A stretch of 64,000 nucleotides of DNA, taken from Candidatus Latescibacterota bacterium. Its GTDB lineage: Bacteria > Latescibacterota > UBA2968 > UBA8231. The translations under genes and the position numbers were made by a program. The stretch spans positions 352,001 through 416,000 of the forward strand of contig OZ253462.1 in NCBI GenBank assembly GCA_965261395.1. Reading direction: 5' to 3'. Below the pieces are notes generated by a model. It saw only the letters and a program-made list of their open reading frames with translations, made no database searches and was not told the DNA's origin. Below are positions 1 to 8,351 of this stretch, piece after piece (positions within the stretch are counted from its first letter, which is position 1; every line of letters begins with the position of its first letter).

Positions 1-1369
1 ACAGCCAAAGACTCATGGTAGTGCTGCCCCCCACCAAGCCGATGACAGCGCTGCGGTACGACATAATCTCGTCGCTGTCGTCAACCTCCGGGGCCCGTCC
101 CAGGGCCTTGGCGAGGACGGCCTTGAGATGCGCTCGACCAGTCCAAAAACCCAGCAGCACCATGGCGATTAAGGCACCACCTCCCTGGTAGGCCAAAAGA
201 GCGTGTTCGTGGACCCCGTACACAAAGCGCTGGTCGGCCTGTATCCCGGTGACCAACAAGGTTTCGTATTCGACTTTGGACAGCAAGTGGAATAGCCACA
301 AACCCGCCGCCACCTGCGTATTGATCAGATAGGAAAAACCGACCATGGCAAAGCGAACGGAGAACTGCAACCTTTGCTGACCGACAAAGGGCGCGGTCCA
401 GTGCAAGTTTAAGGTGGGCACCGACGAATCGTAGTGGTGCAGGGCCGTCAGCGACCCGACCAGCAGCGGAACGGCCGCCCCACACCAAAAAGCCCGCTTG
501 CGGAACAAGCCGTTGACCAAGCCCGCTTTCTCCTCGCCGGCCACTAGGGCCAGTCCCACTTGGGTCAGCGGATAGGCCAAGCGTTCGCGCTCCATCCACT
601 GGCGCCGCAAGATCACCGCGGCCGAGACCATGACTGCGTACAGGGCCAGCAGGAAAATCGCCCACCAGCACAAAGGCTCGACCCAAGCTCCATAGTTGAT
701 TTCGAGCCCGGCTGCTCCTTCGTAAAAGGCCCTATTCTCCCCCCCGTCGTTGACCAACACTTGGTGCGGCGGCAGATGCGGCAGCAGCTTTTCCAGCCAT
801 TTATTTTCGGACGAGGCGTAGTAAAAGAAGGCTGTGATACCCGGCAGTAGCTGCTGGCTCATCCCCATAGTGCACAGGGCCGAAACCACTAACAGCATGA
901 TATATACCAGCACTAACTCGGCCCGGTTGAGGACTAGGGTGAGCCCGTTCCAGACTAAAGGCAGATTGATCAGGATGGAAGAGACGATAAACAGGTTGAA
1001 CAACAGGCCGGGCGAATGAAAGTCCAATTCGCCCCGGGGGCCGTACCAAACCAAGAACAGTCCCACAGCTCCCACTGCCGCGAACAAGGCTCGCTCCCGA
1101 CTGCGCCCCACTACCTTGAACAATACATTGAGCAGGCCGACCAACACCAAAAAGAGGAAAATGGCCCCCGGCGTATTGAAGTCGAAAGCCATGACCGTGG
1201 AACGCATAGCCATGCGTACATAAGGGGCCCCCACAGCCAGGTACAGACTTAAAAAAGCCCCCACCCAAAGACCGCGGGCCGACAGCCCGAAGCGGCCGTT
1301 TCTCTGGTCCAACAAAGAGCCCCGGTTTTTTAGGTATCTGTGGTATGTCCGGGAAATCTCTTTTTTCAA
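1..1369 (-). CDS. DUF6785/DUF6784-like polytopic membrane protein (putative peptide transporter), 3' end runs off window
   Basis: Not in the ORF track because there is no stop in the window. Manual translation gives FGLSARGLWVGAFLSLYLAVG..MAFDFNTPGAIFLFLVL..LNRAELVLVYIMLLVVSALCTMG..FFYYASSENKW..MSYRSAVIGL, collinear with the 19512-21452 protein. TTG at 1369 has AAGGA upstream. Confidence 0.8.
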   Translation of the reverse strand, partial: MKKEISRTYHRYLKNRGSLLDQRNGRFGLSARGLWVGAFLSLYLAVGAPYVRMAMRSTVMAFDFNTPGAIFLFLVLVGLLNVLFKVVGRSRERALFAAVGAVGLFLVWYGPRGELDFHSPGLLFNLFIVSSILINLPLVWNGLTLVLNRAELVLVYIMLLVVSALCTMGMSQQLLPGITAFFYYASSENKWLEKLLPHLPPHQVLVNDGGENRAFYEGAAGLEINYGAWVEPLCWWAIFLLALYAVMVSAAVILRRQWMERERLAYPLTQVGLALVAGEEKAGLVNGLFRKRAFWCGAAVPLLVGSLTALHHYDSSVPTLNLHWTAPFVGQQRLQFSVRFAMVGFSYLINTQVAAGLWLFHLLSKVEYETLLVTGIQADQRFVYGVHEHALLAYQGGGALIAMVLLGFWTGRAHLKAVLAKALGRAPEVDDSDEIMSYRSAVIGLVGGSTTMSLWL

Positions 1370-1586
1370 CGGGGATCCTTTCGGCCGGAAGAAGACCGCG
1401 CAATGTCCACAAATTTACTTCTAGGCTCGTGCGCGAACCCGGCTCACTCCCGCTTCCTCGCCAATTCAGATCGATGCTGGTATAGCCGTCAGGGTACTGC
1501 TGCAATTGTGAGGGACTATATGGTCTTATTATGAGGGACTCTGTTGAAAGCGAGTTCGAGCATTGGGGAGCGTAATGCCGACAAGA

Positions 1587-1644
1587 ATCAGCATCTTCTG
1601 CTGGTCGGTACCCGTTGCGCGGACTTTCTGCACGGAAGGGCCGT
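1587..1644. repeat. Degenerate direct-repeat copy of the 3' end of the PhyH gene (3308-3365)
   Basis: 31-bp exact match TTCTGCTGGTCGGTACCCGTTGCGCGGACTT at 1596-1626 and 3317-3347. Minus-strand translation is QKVRATGTDQQKML versus QQVRATGTDQQKML. Confidence 0.9.
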
Positions 1645-1650
1645 TCTCCT

Positions 1651-2052
1651 TTATAAATACTGATTGACGAAGGATCGAGGCGTGAGCACTTTGAGCCGCT
1701 TATAGCCGGATGCCCGCAGCAGAGCCTTGTCGCCGCTAACGATGATCGAAACTCTGCCGGCCAAGGCGCAGGCGAGGAATTTATCGTCGTCTGGATCGGT
1801 GCAGACCTGTTCTGCTAGGGGCGGTGCTGCTACTAAAATTGACTTGATGGCGAGTAGTTCCAGCCAAGGCTCCAGTTCAACTTCGGGAAAGTGAGCTGTC
1901 AGTTCTGTGCCGGTGTCGCGGTATTCAGTAAGAATTTCGGGTGCCACGACGATCTGGACCCTGCCGCGTCTCCAAGCATCGAGGATCTGATGCGGTGGGC
2001 CAGTGAAGAATACTCCCGATATAAAGACATTTGTGTCCACTACGACTTTCAC
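1651..2052 (-). CDS. vapC: PIN-domain toxin (VapC-like) of a type II TA system
   Basis: VVVDTNVFIS N-terminal motif, CTDPDDDKFLACA and IVSGDKALL motifs; 133 aa; GTGA overlap with the upstream antitoxin. Confidence 0.9.
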   Translation of the reverse strand: MKVVVDTNVFISGVFFTGPPHQILDAWRRGRVQIVVAPEILTEYRDTGTELTAHFPEVELEPWLELLAIKSILVAAPPLAEQVCTDPDDDKFLACALAGRVSIIVSGDKALLRASGYKRLKVLTPRSFVNQYL

Positions 2053-2312
2053 TTTATCGCTCGGACCCGGGAAACGGCGGCGGCAATATCCGATCGTTTC
2101 ATTCCAGCTTGCTTAGCTTGATGGCGTGCTTTGGCAATCATGCGGTCAAAATCGCGCATGGAGGGCGTCTGGATGGTCTTGAGAATGATGACGTCGTCTT
2201 CGCCCATGACGATGAACTGGGTACCCGATTCCAAGCCAAGCTGTTGGCGCAGGGATTCGGGAATGACGACTTGCCCTTTGGAGGACATGCGGGTGGTAGC
2301 GATCGACTCCAT
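2049..2312 (-). CDS. vapB: AbrB/MazE/SpoVT-family antitoxin (VapB-like)
   Basis: TRMSSKGQVVIPESLRQQLGLESG swapped-hairpin motif; 87 aa; GAAAGGAGAG RBS. Confidence 0.9.
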   Translation of the reverse strand: MESIATTRMSSKGQVVIPESLRQQLGLESGTQFIVMGEDDVIILKTIQTPSMRDFDRMIAKARHQAKQAGMKRSDIAAAVSRVRAIK

Positions 2313-2331
2313 AGACTCTCCTTTCGCTTAA

Positions 2332-2369
2332 TCTTACTGGTAAGAAATAAAATTCTGCCCCACTGTCAA
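2332..2369 (-). promoter_or_regulatory. Putative TA promoter/operator
   Basis: Palindrome TCTTAC-TG-GTAAGA (2332-2345) just upstream of the RBS. TTGACA lies on the minus strand at 2364-2369, but no well-spaced -10 element is evident. Confidence 0.55.
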
Positions 2370-2413
2370 ATGATTCCAAAACAAACTAAAAACGGAGCGT
2401 CAGTCTCGTCTTT

Positions 2414-3271
2414 CTATCCGGCCACCATCTCCCCTTGGCGCGAGCGCTCCTGCAAATCGTAGAGCGAGGAAATGGCGTCCTTGTACAGCGGGATGGGAAA
2501 GGTGCGGTCCTCGAAACGCGCTGTGTGCGCGAACCGGCCGCGCACTAGGCGCGCATTGGCCTCGGTCTTGTACGTCATCTCACCGGTGTAGATCGGGAAG
2601 GCATCGGCGGCGCGGTAGCTGAGAATCAGGGTGCGCCGCGGCTTGTCGGAGGCATTGGCGATGGAGGCATGAGGGGTCATCGCATGCATGAAGATGACCG
2701 TGCCCGCCGCACCGGGGATCGGCACGGCTAGGGACTGATCAACCGCTTCGGTAACCCGGCCTTGAAAAAAGCCGTCGGTGTTGTGCGACAGCAGGTCAGC
2801 CTGATGGCGGCGGGGAATGACTTGCAGGCAGCCGTTTTCAACGGTGGCGTCGTCGAGATAAAAGAGAATACTCACCGAGCCGCGATGGGTCAGCGGGTAG
2901 TAGGAAAGGTCTTGGTGCCACTCAACGGGCGAGCCGACGCCGGCCGGTTTCATGTTGATTTTGCTGTAGTGGAAGACCAAGTCCGGGCCGAGCAGGGCCT
3001 CGACCGCGTCGAGGAGCCGCTCCGATTGGGCGAATTCCCGGAATACCTCGTAGTGGCTGCAAGGCTCGTACAGACGGCGCACCTGCGTGCCATCGGGAGG
3101 CTGATTAGGCTCCATCTCCATCCGGGTGGCGTCGTGGTCGGTGAGCGTTTGGCCCGCGCTGACGACGTCCATCTCGCGCAGGAAGGCTGCGACCTCCTCG
3201 ACGTTGAGGAAGCCGGGGACAGCGACGTAGCCTTCGGTTTGGTAGTGTTCGACTTGTGCGGTGGTCAACAT
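2414..3271 (-). CDS. Phytanoyl-CoA dioxygenase (PhyH) family 2OG-Fe(II) enzyme
   Basis: LT..QVEHYQTEGY start, WHQD (HxD), ENGCLQVIP, PHAS..N.S...RR motifs. Start moved to ATG 3271 (GGAGG RBS). Confidence 0.9.
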   Translation of the reverse strand: MLTTAQVEHYQTEGYVAVPGFLNVEEVAAFLREMDVVSAGQTLTDHDATRMEMEPNQPPDGTQVRRLYEPCSHYEVFREFAQSERLLDAVEALLGPDLVFHYSKINMKPAGVGSPVEWHQDLSYYPLTHRGSVSILFYLDDATVENGCLQVIPRRHQADLLSHNTDGFFQGRVTEAVDQSLAVPIPGAAGTVIFMHAMTPHASIANASDKPRRTLILSYRAADAFPIYTGEMTYKTEANARLVRGRFAHTARFEDRTFPIPLYKDAISSLYDLQERSRQGEMVAG

Positions 3272-3285
3272 GGGTTGGTTCCTCC

Positions 3286-4029
3286 TTACCATTTCTCTAT
3301 GGCGCCCATCAGCATTTTCTGCTGGTCGGTACCCGTTGCGCGGACTTGCTGCGCGAAGGGACCGTCAAAGGGCTCGCGGGATTTCATCCAGGCGGTCTGG
3401 TAGCACATCAGGCAGACGCGGCGGCGCACCGACGAATGGTTGGCCGCGCCACGGTGGTAGAGGCAGCCATCGAACATCACCGCCTGACCCGGCCGAGCAA
3501 AGACCCACTTCTCTTCAGGAAAGCTCGGATGACCGGCGGGCGGGCGGAAGGGGGCGCGGTGGCTGCCGGGGACGACGACGATGGCACCGTTGTCCTCGTC
3601 TAATTCGTCCAAGTAGTAGCCGCAGTTGATCTGGCCGGGCAACGCGCCGTAGGGCGTGCCGTCGGGATCGATGGGCCAAGGCACGTCGCGGTGCCAATTC
3701 TGGTCCTCTTGCCCCGGCGCGGTGACGCGGGCCGTGGCACTGTGGAGCTGGACGCAGGTGCCCAGAATTGCCTGCATCCTCTCCAGCACGGGCGGGTTGT
3801 CGAGCAGGAAGGCGAAGGCCGCGTCCTCTTCTAAGAGCTGGTGGAGAAACTGTTCGCCGTTCCCGCGCGCAAAGGCCGCATCGAGTGCTGTACGCAGAGT
3901 CTCAATCTGCGCCTCGGTGATGGCATCCTCGACGACGAGATAACCCCACTTGCGGAAGAAGGCCACGTCCTCGGCGATTGCGGACGTCAGCTTGGGGTTG
4001 AGGTGCTGCGGGTAGGGCGGTTGCGTCAT
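3286..4029 (-). CDS. PhyH family 2OG-Fe(II) dioxygenase
   Basis: FFRKWGYLVV, WHRD, NGAIVVVPGSH, YHRGAAN.S..RR motifs. Start at ATG 4029 (AGGAG RBS). Confidence 0.9.
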   Translation of the reverse strand: MTQPPYPQHLNPKLTSAIAEDVAFFRKWGYLVVEDAITEAQIETLRTALDAAFARGNGEQFLHQLLEEDAAFAFLLDNPPVLERMQAILGTCVQLHSATARVTAPGQEDQNWHRDVPWPIDPDGTPYGALPGQINCGYYLDELDEDNGAIVVVPGSHRAPFRPPAGHPSFPEEKWVFARPGQAVMFDGCLYHRGAANHSSVRRRVCLMCYQTAWMKSREPFDGPFAQQVRATGTDQQKMLMGAIEKW

Positions 4030-4242
4030 GGTTTTCGCAGAACTCCTGTGTGCATTGCGGTCGCCAGAGGGCAAAGTGCCACCCGAATACATATTGCGCG
4101 GCAGGCTCTTTGTCAACGAAACGGGCAGCGGCGTTTGGTTGACCTTGCGCTAGCCATGACGCTCATTACGGGGCAACGGTTTGGCCGGTGCAAAATTGTC
4201 CCGGCAGACGCACACAGCCTTTTTACTACAAAGGAGCGATCC

Positions 4243-5994
4243 ATGAGCTATCTAAATCCCCGCGCCATCGCCATTGACACTCCAATGCCGCCGCCCGCTT
4301 GGGCGCTGCTGGAGTGGGAACTGATTCGGGCGCAAACTAGGGGATGCACAGAGTTTTTCGACAAGTACTTCGACGAGCGGGGCTATTTGGAGTGCATCCC
4401 GCGCTGGGGCGGCAACGACGGCCCGGACGACGCCATCGAGAACCTAGTCCACTGGCCCGTGCTCTACGTACTGGGAGGTGGGGCTCACCTGTACGATATG
4501 TGCCAGTTGGCTTGGGAGGGGCATCTCAAGCAATACACCGAGGCCAAAACCACGGAAGTGCCCTTTACCCGGGACGGGATGTACTATCGCGAATTTCCGG
4601 TGATGTTCGACTGGGTACACAACGGGGAGGGGCTGACGACGTTCAACCTACACGGGTTGATGAACCCACGCGAGCAGGCATTTGAACAGCGGGTGCGGCG
4701 CTACTCCGGATTTTACATGGGCGACGACCCCCAGGCACCCAACTACGACCCCGAACACAAGATCATCAAGAGTCTGTTCAACGGCAGCCGCGGACCGATG
4801 CTGCGCAAGGCCACGGCGCTCGACTGGGCCGGCGACCCGCTCGACGAGGTGCAGGAGCGCTTTATCCCCCTGCACGGGGAACGCAACTTCGAGGAGATGC
4901 TGGCCCACTTCAAAGACTACACCGATGTCGTCGGCGACCATCCGCAGAACATGGTGGCGACGGCCTTGGGGCTGAACGCGTACGCGCTGACAGGCGAGGA
5001 GCAATACAAGGACTGGGTGCTCGAATACGTCGAAGCCTGGCGGCAGCGCACGCTCGCCAACGACGGGATTATCCCGACCAACATCGGACTCGATGGGACC
5101 ATTGGCGGCGAGTGCGACGGCAAGTGGTACGGGGGGTGTTACGGCTGGGCCTTTACGGTCGAGGTGCCCCAGACTGGGAAGATGGCCAGCCGCAACTCGC
5201 ACGGGCTGGGGATTTCGGGCTTTGGCAACGCGCTGTTGCTGTCGGGCGAGCAAAAATTCGTCGATGTGTGGCGGCAGATGATCGACAAAATCAACGCCAA
5301 CGGCAAAGAAATCGATGGACAGATGATGTACCCGAATATGTACGGGGACGAGGGCTGGTACGAATTTCGGCCGGGCCGCTACGCGCAGGGAGCACAAGAG
5401 ATGTACTACTGGTCGATGGACCGGGCCGATTTGAGCCGGCTAAACGCGGACAGCGGCTGGTTCGGCTTCTTGGAGGGACGCGACCCCACCTACCCGGAAG
5501 CTGCTCTACAGGCCGACTTTGCCCGCCTCCGCGCGCAAATGGAGAAGGTGCGCCGCGATCCAACGACGCCAGACACCCGGCTCTCGGACAATCCCAACCC
5601 ATTCAACCCGGCCATCCCGGGCGGGCTAACCCAACTCATGTTGGGCGGGCTGACGCCGCGTCACGGCTCGCCGCTGCACTGCCGAGTGCGCTACTTCGAT
5701 CCGCAGGCTGGGCGGGCGGGGATGCCCGAGGGCGTGGGGGCGCTGGTGGAGCGGCTAGGCGCGGACTCCATGACGCTGACGCTGGTAAACACAGACCCAG
5801 TGGCCGGGCGCGAAGTAATCGTGCAAGGCGGAGCCTATGCCGAGCACCAGTTTACGAGCGTGCGCGTGGGCGGGAAGGAAACGACGATAGATGACTCGGC
5901 CTTTGCAGTCGAACTAGCGCCGGGAGCCGGGGAGACCCTAGAGATCGGCATGAGCAGATATGCCAATGGACCGACGTTTGCGTTTCCTTTATGA
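4243..5994 (+). CDS. Conserved hypothetical cytoplasmic protein, Trp/Tyr/Asp-rich, possibly an alpha/alpha-barrel enzyme
   Basis: Long ORF with strong coding-like codon usage. AAGGAG RBS precedes ATG 4243. WGGNDGPDDAIE, FDWVHNGEG and WYGGCYGW motifs; no signal peptide; divergent from the phyH pair. Confidence 0.75.
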   Translation: MSYLNPRAIAIDTPMPPPAWALLEWELIRAQTRGCTEFFDKYFDERGYLECIPRWGGNDGPDDAIENLVHWPVLYVLGGGAHLYDMCQLAWEGHLKQYTEAKTTEVPFTRDGMYYREFPVMFDWVHNGEGLTTFNLHGLMNPREQAFEQRVRRYSGFYMGDDPQAPNYDPEHKIIKSLFNGSRGPMLRKATALDWAGDPLDEVQERFIPLHGERNFEEMLAHFKDYTDVVGDHPQNMVATALGLNAYALTGEEQYKDWVLEYVEAWRQRTLANDGIIPTNIGLDGTIGGECDGKWYGGCYGWAFTVEVPQTGKMASRNSHGLGISGFGNALLLSGEQKFVDVWRQMIDKINANGKEIDGQMMYPNMYGDEGWYEFRPGRYAQGAQEMYYWSMDRADLSRLNADSGWFGFLEGRDPTYPEAALQADFARLRAQMEKVRRDPTTPDTRLSDNPNPFNPAIPGGLTQLMLGGLTPRHGSPLHCRVRYFDPQAGRAGMPEGVGALVERLGADSMTLTLVNTDPVAGREVIVQGGAYAEHQFTSVRVGGKETTIDDSAFAVELAPGAGETLEIGMSRYANGPTFAFPL

Positions 5995-6013
5995 GGAAAC
6001 AGCCTAGGGAGGC

Positions 6014-8317
6014 ATGGCAATGGACTTAGAGTCTCTATCAAAATCCGAGGGCGCGCCGCCTCGGAATGCGGGCGTCTCGCCGCCATACCTGCCTTATGTA
6101 CTGCCCTTTTTGTTCTTGTGCTTGTCCGCGATCTCGGCTAGCTACGCCGCCTCGCTCTCCGAAAAGGAAAGCCATCGAAAAATGGTGGCTCTTTTGGCGG
6201 AGGTTCGCGCACAAGATCTCGACGACAATCCCTATCAGGGCGAAGGTCGGCTACGGCAGCTAGAAGACCAGTTACAGGCACTGCCCGATGCAGCCCCCCT
6301 ACAAGACCGAATTCGCCTCCATTTTAGCTTAGGGATCGCCGAACTTTTCTTGGGACGAGAACGCCGCGCCCTAGACCATCTCGCCGCTGCCGAAAAGATG
6401 CTCGCGGCCCAACGCTCGGTCTCCTCCCATGTGGTCAATGAGATCCATTTTCGCCTAGGGCTGGCGTGGCTGCGCTTGGGGGAAACCCAAAACTGCGTCC
6501 TCAACCCCAACGCCGACCACTGCATCTTGCCCATTCGCCCCGGAGGCTTCCATACCCTTCCCGAAGGGTCGCGCCAAGCCATCCCCTACTTCCAAGCCGT
6601 ACTCGATAATACCGCCGCAGAGGAACGCTTGCATCTGAGCGCCCGCTGGCTGCTCAACATCGCCTATATGACCTTGGGGCAATATCCCGAGGAGGTGCCG
6701 CCCGCTCACCGGATTCCCCCCAAAGCCTTTGAGTCTCAAGCAGCGTTTCCGCGCTGGGTCAATGTGGCTCCTGCCCTCGGCTTGGACACCTTCAGCCTCT
6801 CTGGTGGGGCCGTGGCCGACGACTTCGACAGCGACGGGTACCTCGATTTCTTCGTCTCGACATCGGACTTGACCGGACAACTGCGCTTTTTCCGCAACGG
6901 GGGGGACGGCACTTTTGCGGACCGGACCGAGGCGGCCAACCTCAATGGGCTGTTGGGTGGACTCAACTTGGTGCAAGCCGACTACGACAACGACGGCCAC
7001 CTCGACCTGCTCGTCCTGCGCGGAGCTTGGTTCGGCGAGCATGGCCAGCATCCCAATTCGCTGCTGCGGAATGCGGGCGATGGTACTTTCCTCGACGCGA
7101 CCTTTGCCGCCGGTCTGGGACCGGACCACTACCCAACCCAAACCGCCGCCTGGGGCGACTACGATCTCGACGGCGATCTCGACCTTTACATCGGCAACGA
7201 AACCACCGAGACCTTTGTCGCCCCCGGCCAACTCTTTCAAAACCAAGGCGATGGCACCTTCACCGATGTGGCCCCCGCCGCCGGTGTTGACCAATACGCC
7301 CATGCCAAGGCCGTCGTCTGGGGCGACTACGACGGGGACCGCTGGCCGGATCTATATGTGTCCAATCTCGGACAGCCCAACCGGCTCTACCACAATCAAG
7401 GCGACGGAACCTTCCGGGATGTGGCCCCCGCTACCGGCGTCGTCGCCCCCCGGGCCAGCTTCCCAGCCTGGTTCTGGGACTTCGACAACGACGGTCACCT
7501 CGACTTGTTCGTCGCTGCATACTCGGCCACCGTCGCCGACATCGCCGCCGCGCACTTGGGCCATCCGGTGTCCGTGGAGCAGGCACGGCTGTATCGCGGC
7601 GATGGCCAAGGCGACTTTGCGGATGTGTCCCAAGACCGCCACCTCGCGCAGCCGACCAAACCTATGGGGGCCAACTTTGGCGATGTGGACCACGATGGAT
7701 TTTTGGATGTGTACTTGGGCACCGGCGATACCGATTACGCCGAGTTGATGCCCAATGTGCTGTATTGGAACCAATCGGGTCAGCGCTTTGCCGATGTGAC
7801 TTTTGCCAGCGGGTTGGGGCATCTGCAGAAGGGGCATGGGGTCGTATTTGCCGATGTGGACCACGACGGTGATGTGGACCTATTCGAGCAGATGGGCGGG
7901 GCCTATCGCGGCGACGGATTCGCCGATGTGCTATATGAGAACCCAGGGTTTGGGCACGGCTGGCTAGCGGTTGAGGTGGTGGGAGTGGAGTCGAATCGGT
8001 CGGGGATCGGGACCCAGCTACGGGTAGATGTGGTGGAGGGAGGCCAAAGGCGATCGCTGTACCGTTGGGTGGGCAGCGGCGGCAGCTTTGGCGGCAATCC
8101 GCTGCGTCAGTACGTGGGGTTGGGTTCAGCGGAGCGGGTGGCGCAGCTAGTGGTTTTTTGGCCGCAAAGTGGCAGCGAGCAGGTGTTCGATGAAGTGCCG
8201 GTGAACGCGATCATCCGGGTCACCGAGGGACGAGACCAACTGGAGATTTTAGCGTTGCCCGCTTTTAAGTTCGAGGTCGAACATCCAAAACGGGCTGAGC
8301 ACCATCTACATCAATAA
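6014..8317 (+). CDS. CRTAC1-family FG-GAP repeat/ASPIC-UnbV protein with N-terminal TPR-like helices
   Basis: Multiple D(Y/F)DxDGxLD repeats, ETQNC..C motif, C-terminal SNRSGIGT..GGSFGGN..VGLG..VFWP.SG; hydrophobic N-terminus. Confidence 0.88.
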   Translation: MAMDLESLSKSEGAPPRNAGVSPPYLPYVLPFLFLCLSAISASYAASLSEKESHRKMVALLAEVRAQDLDDNPYQGEGRLRQLEDQLQALPDAAPLQDRIRLHFSLGIAELFLGRERRALDHLAAAEKMLAAQRSVSSHVVNEIHFRLGLAWLRLGETQNCVLNPNADHCILPIRPGGFHTLPEGSRQAIPYFQAVLDNTAAEERLHLSARWLLNIAYMTLGQYPEEVPPAHRIPPKAFESQAAFPRWVNVAPALGLDTFSLSGGAVADDFDSDGYLDFFVSTSDLTGQLRFFRNGGDGTFADRTEAANLNGLLGGLNLVQADYDNDGHLDLLVLRGAWFGEHGQHPNSLLRNAGDGTFLDATFAAGLGPDHYPTQTAAWGDYDLDGDLDLYIGNETTETFVAPGQLFQNQGDGTFTDVAPAAGVDQYAHAKAVVWGDYDGDRWPDLYVSNLGQPNRLYHNQGDGTFRDVAPATGVVAPRASFPAWFWDFDNDGHLDLFVAAYSATVADIAAAHLGHPVSVEQARLYRGDGQGDFADVSQDRHLAQPTKPMGANFGDVDHDGFLDVYLGTGDTDYAELMPNVLYWNQSGQRFADVTFASGLGHLQKGHGVVFADVDHDGDVDLFEQMGGAYRGDGFADVLYENPGFGHGWLAVEVVGVESNRSGIGTQLRVDVVEGGQRRSLYRWVGSGGSFGGNPLRQYVGLGSAERVAQLVVFWPQSGSEQVFDEVPVNAIIRVTEGRDQLEILALPAFKFEVEHPKRAEHHLHQ

Positions 8318-8351
8318 AGGGAGGGTCCTATCGCCATCGAACTATGCGAGT

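Noticed and set aside
81-1505. ORFs 81-686 and 801-1505 (-)
   Set aside because: They are off-frame shadows of the DUF6785-like gene; their translations are low-complexity and motif-free.
3841-4242. N-terminal extension of ORF 3841-5994
   Set aside because: It overlaps the opposite-strand phyH gene, and there is a clear AAGGAG RBS at ATG 4243.
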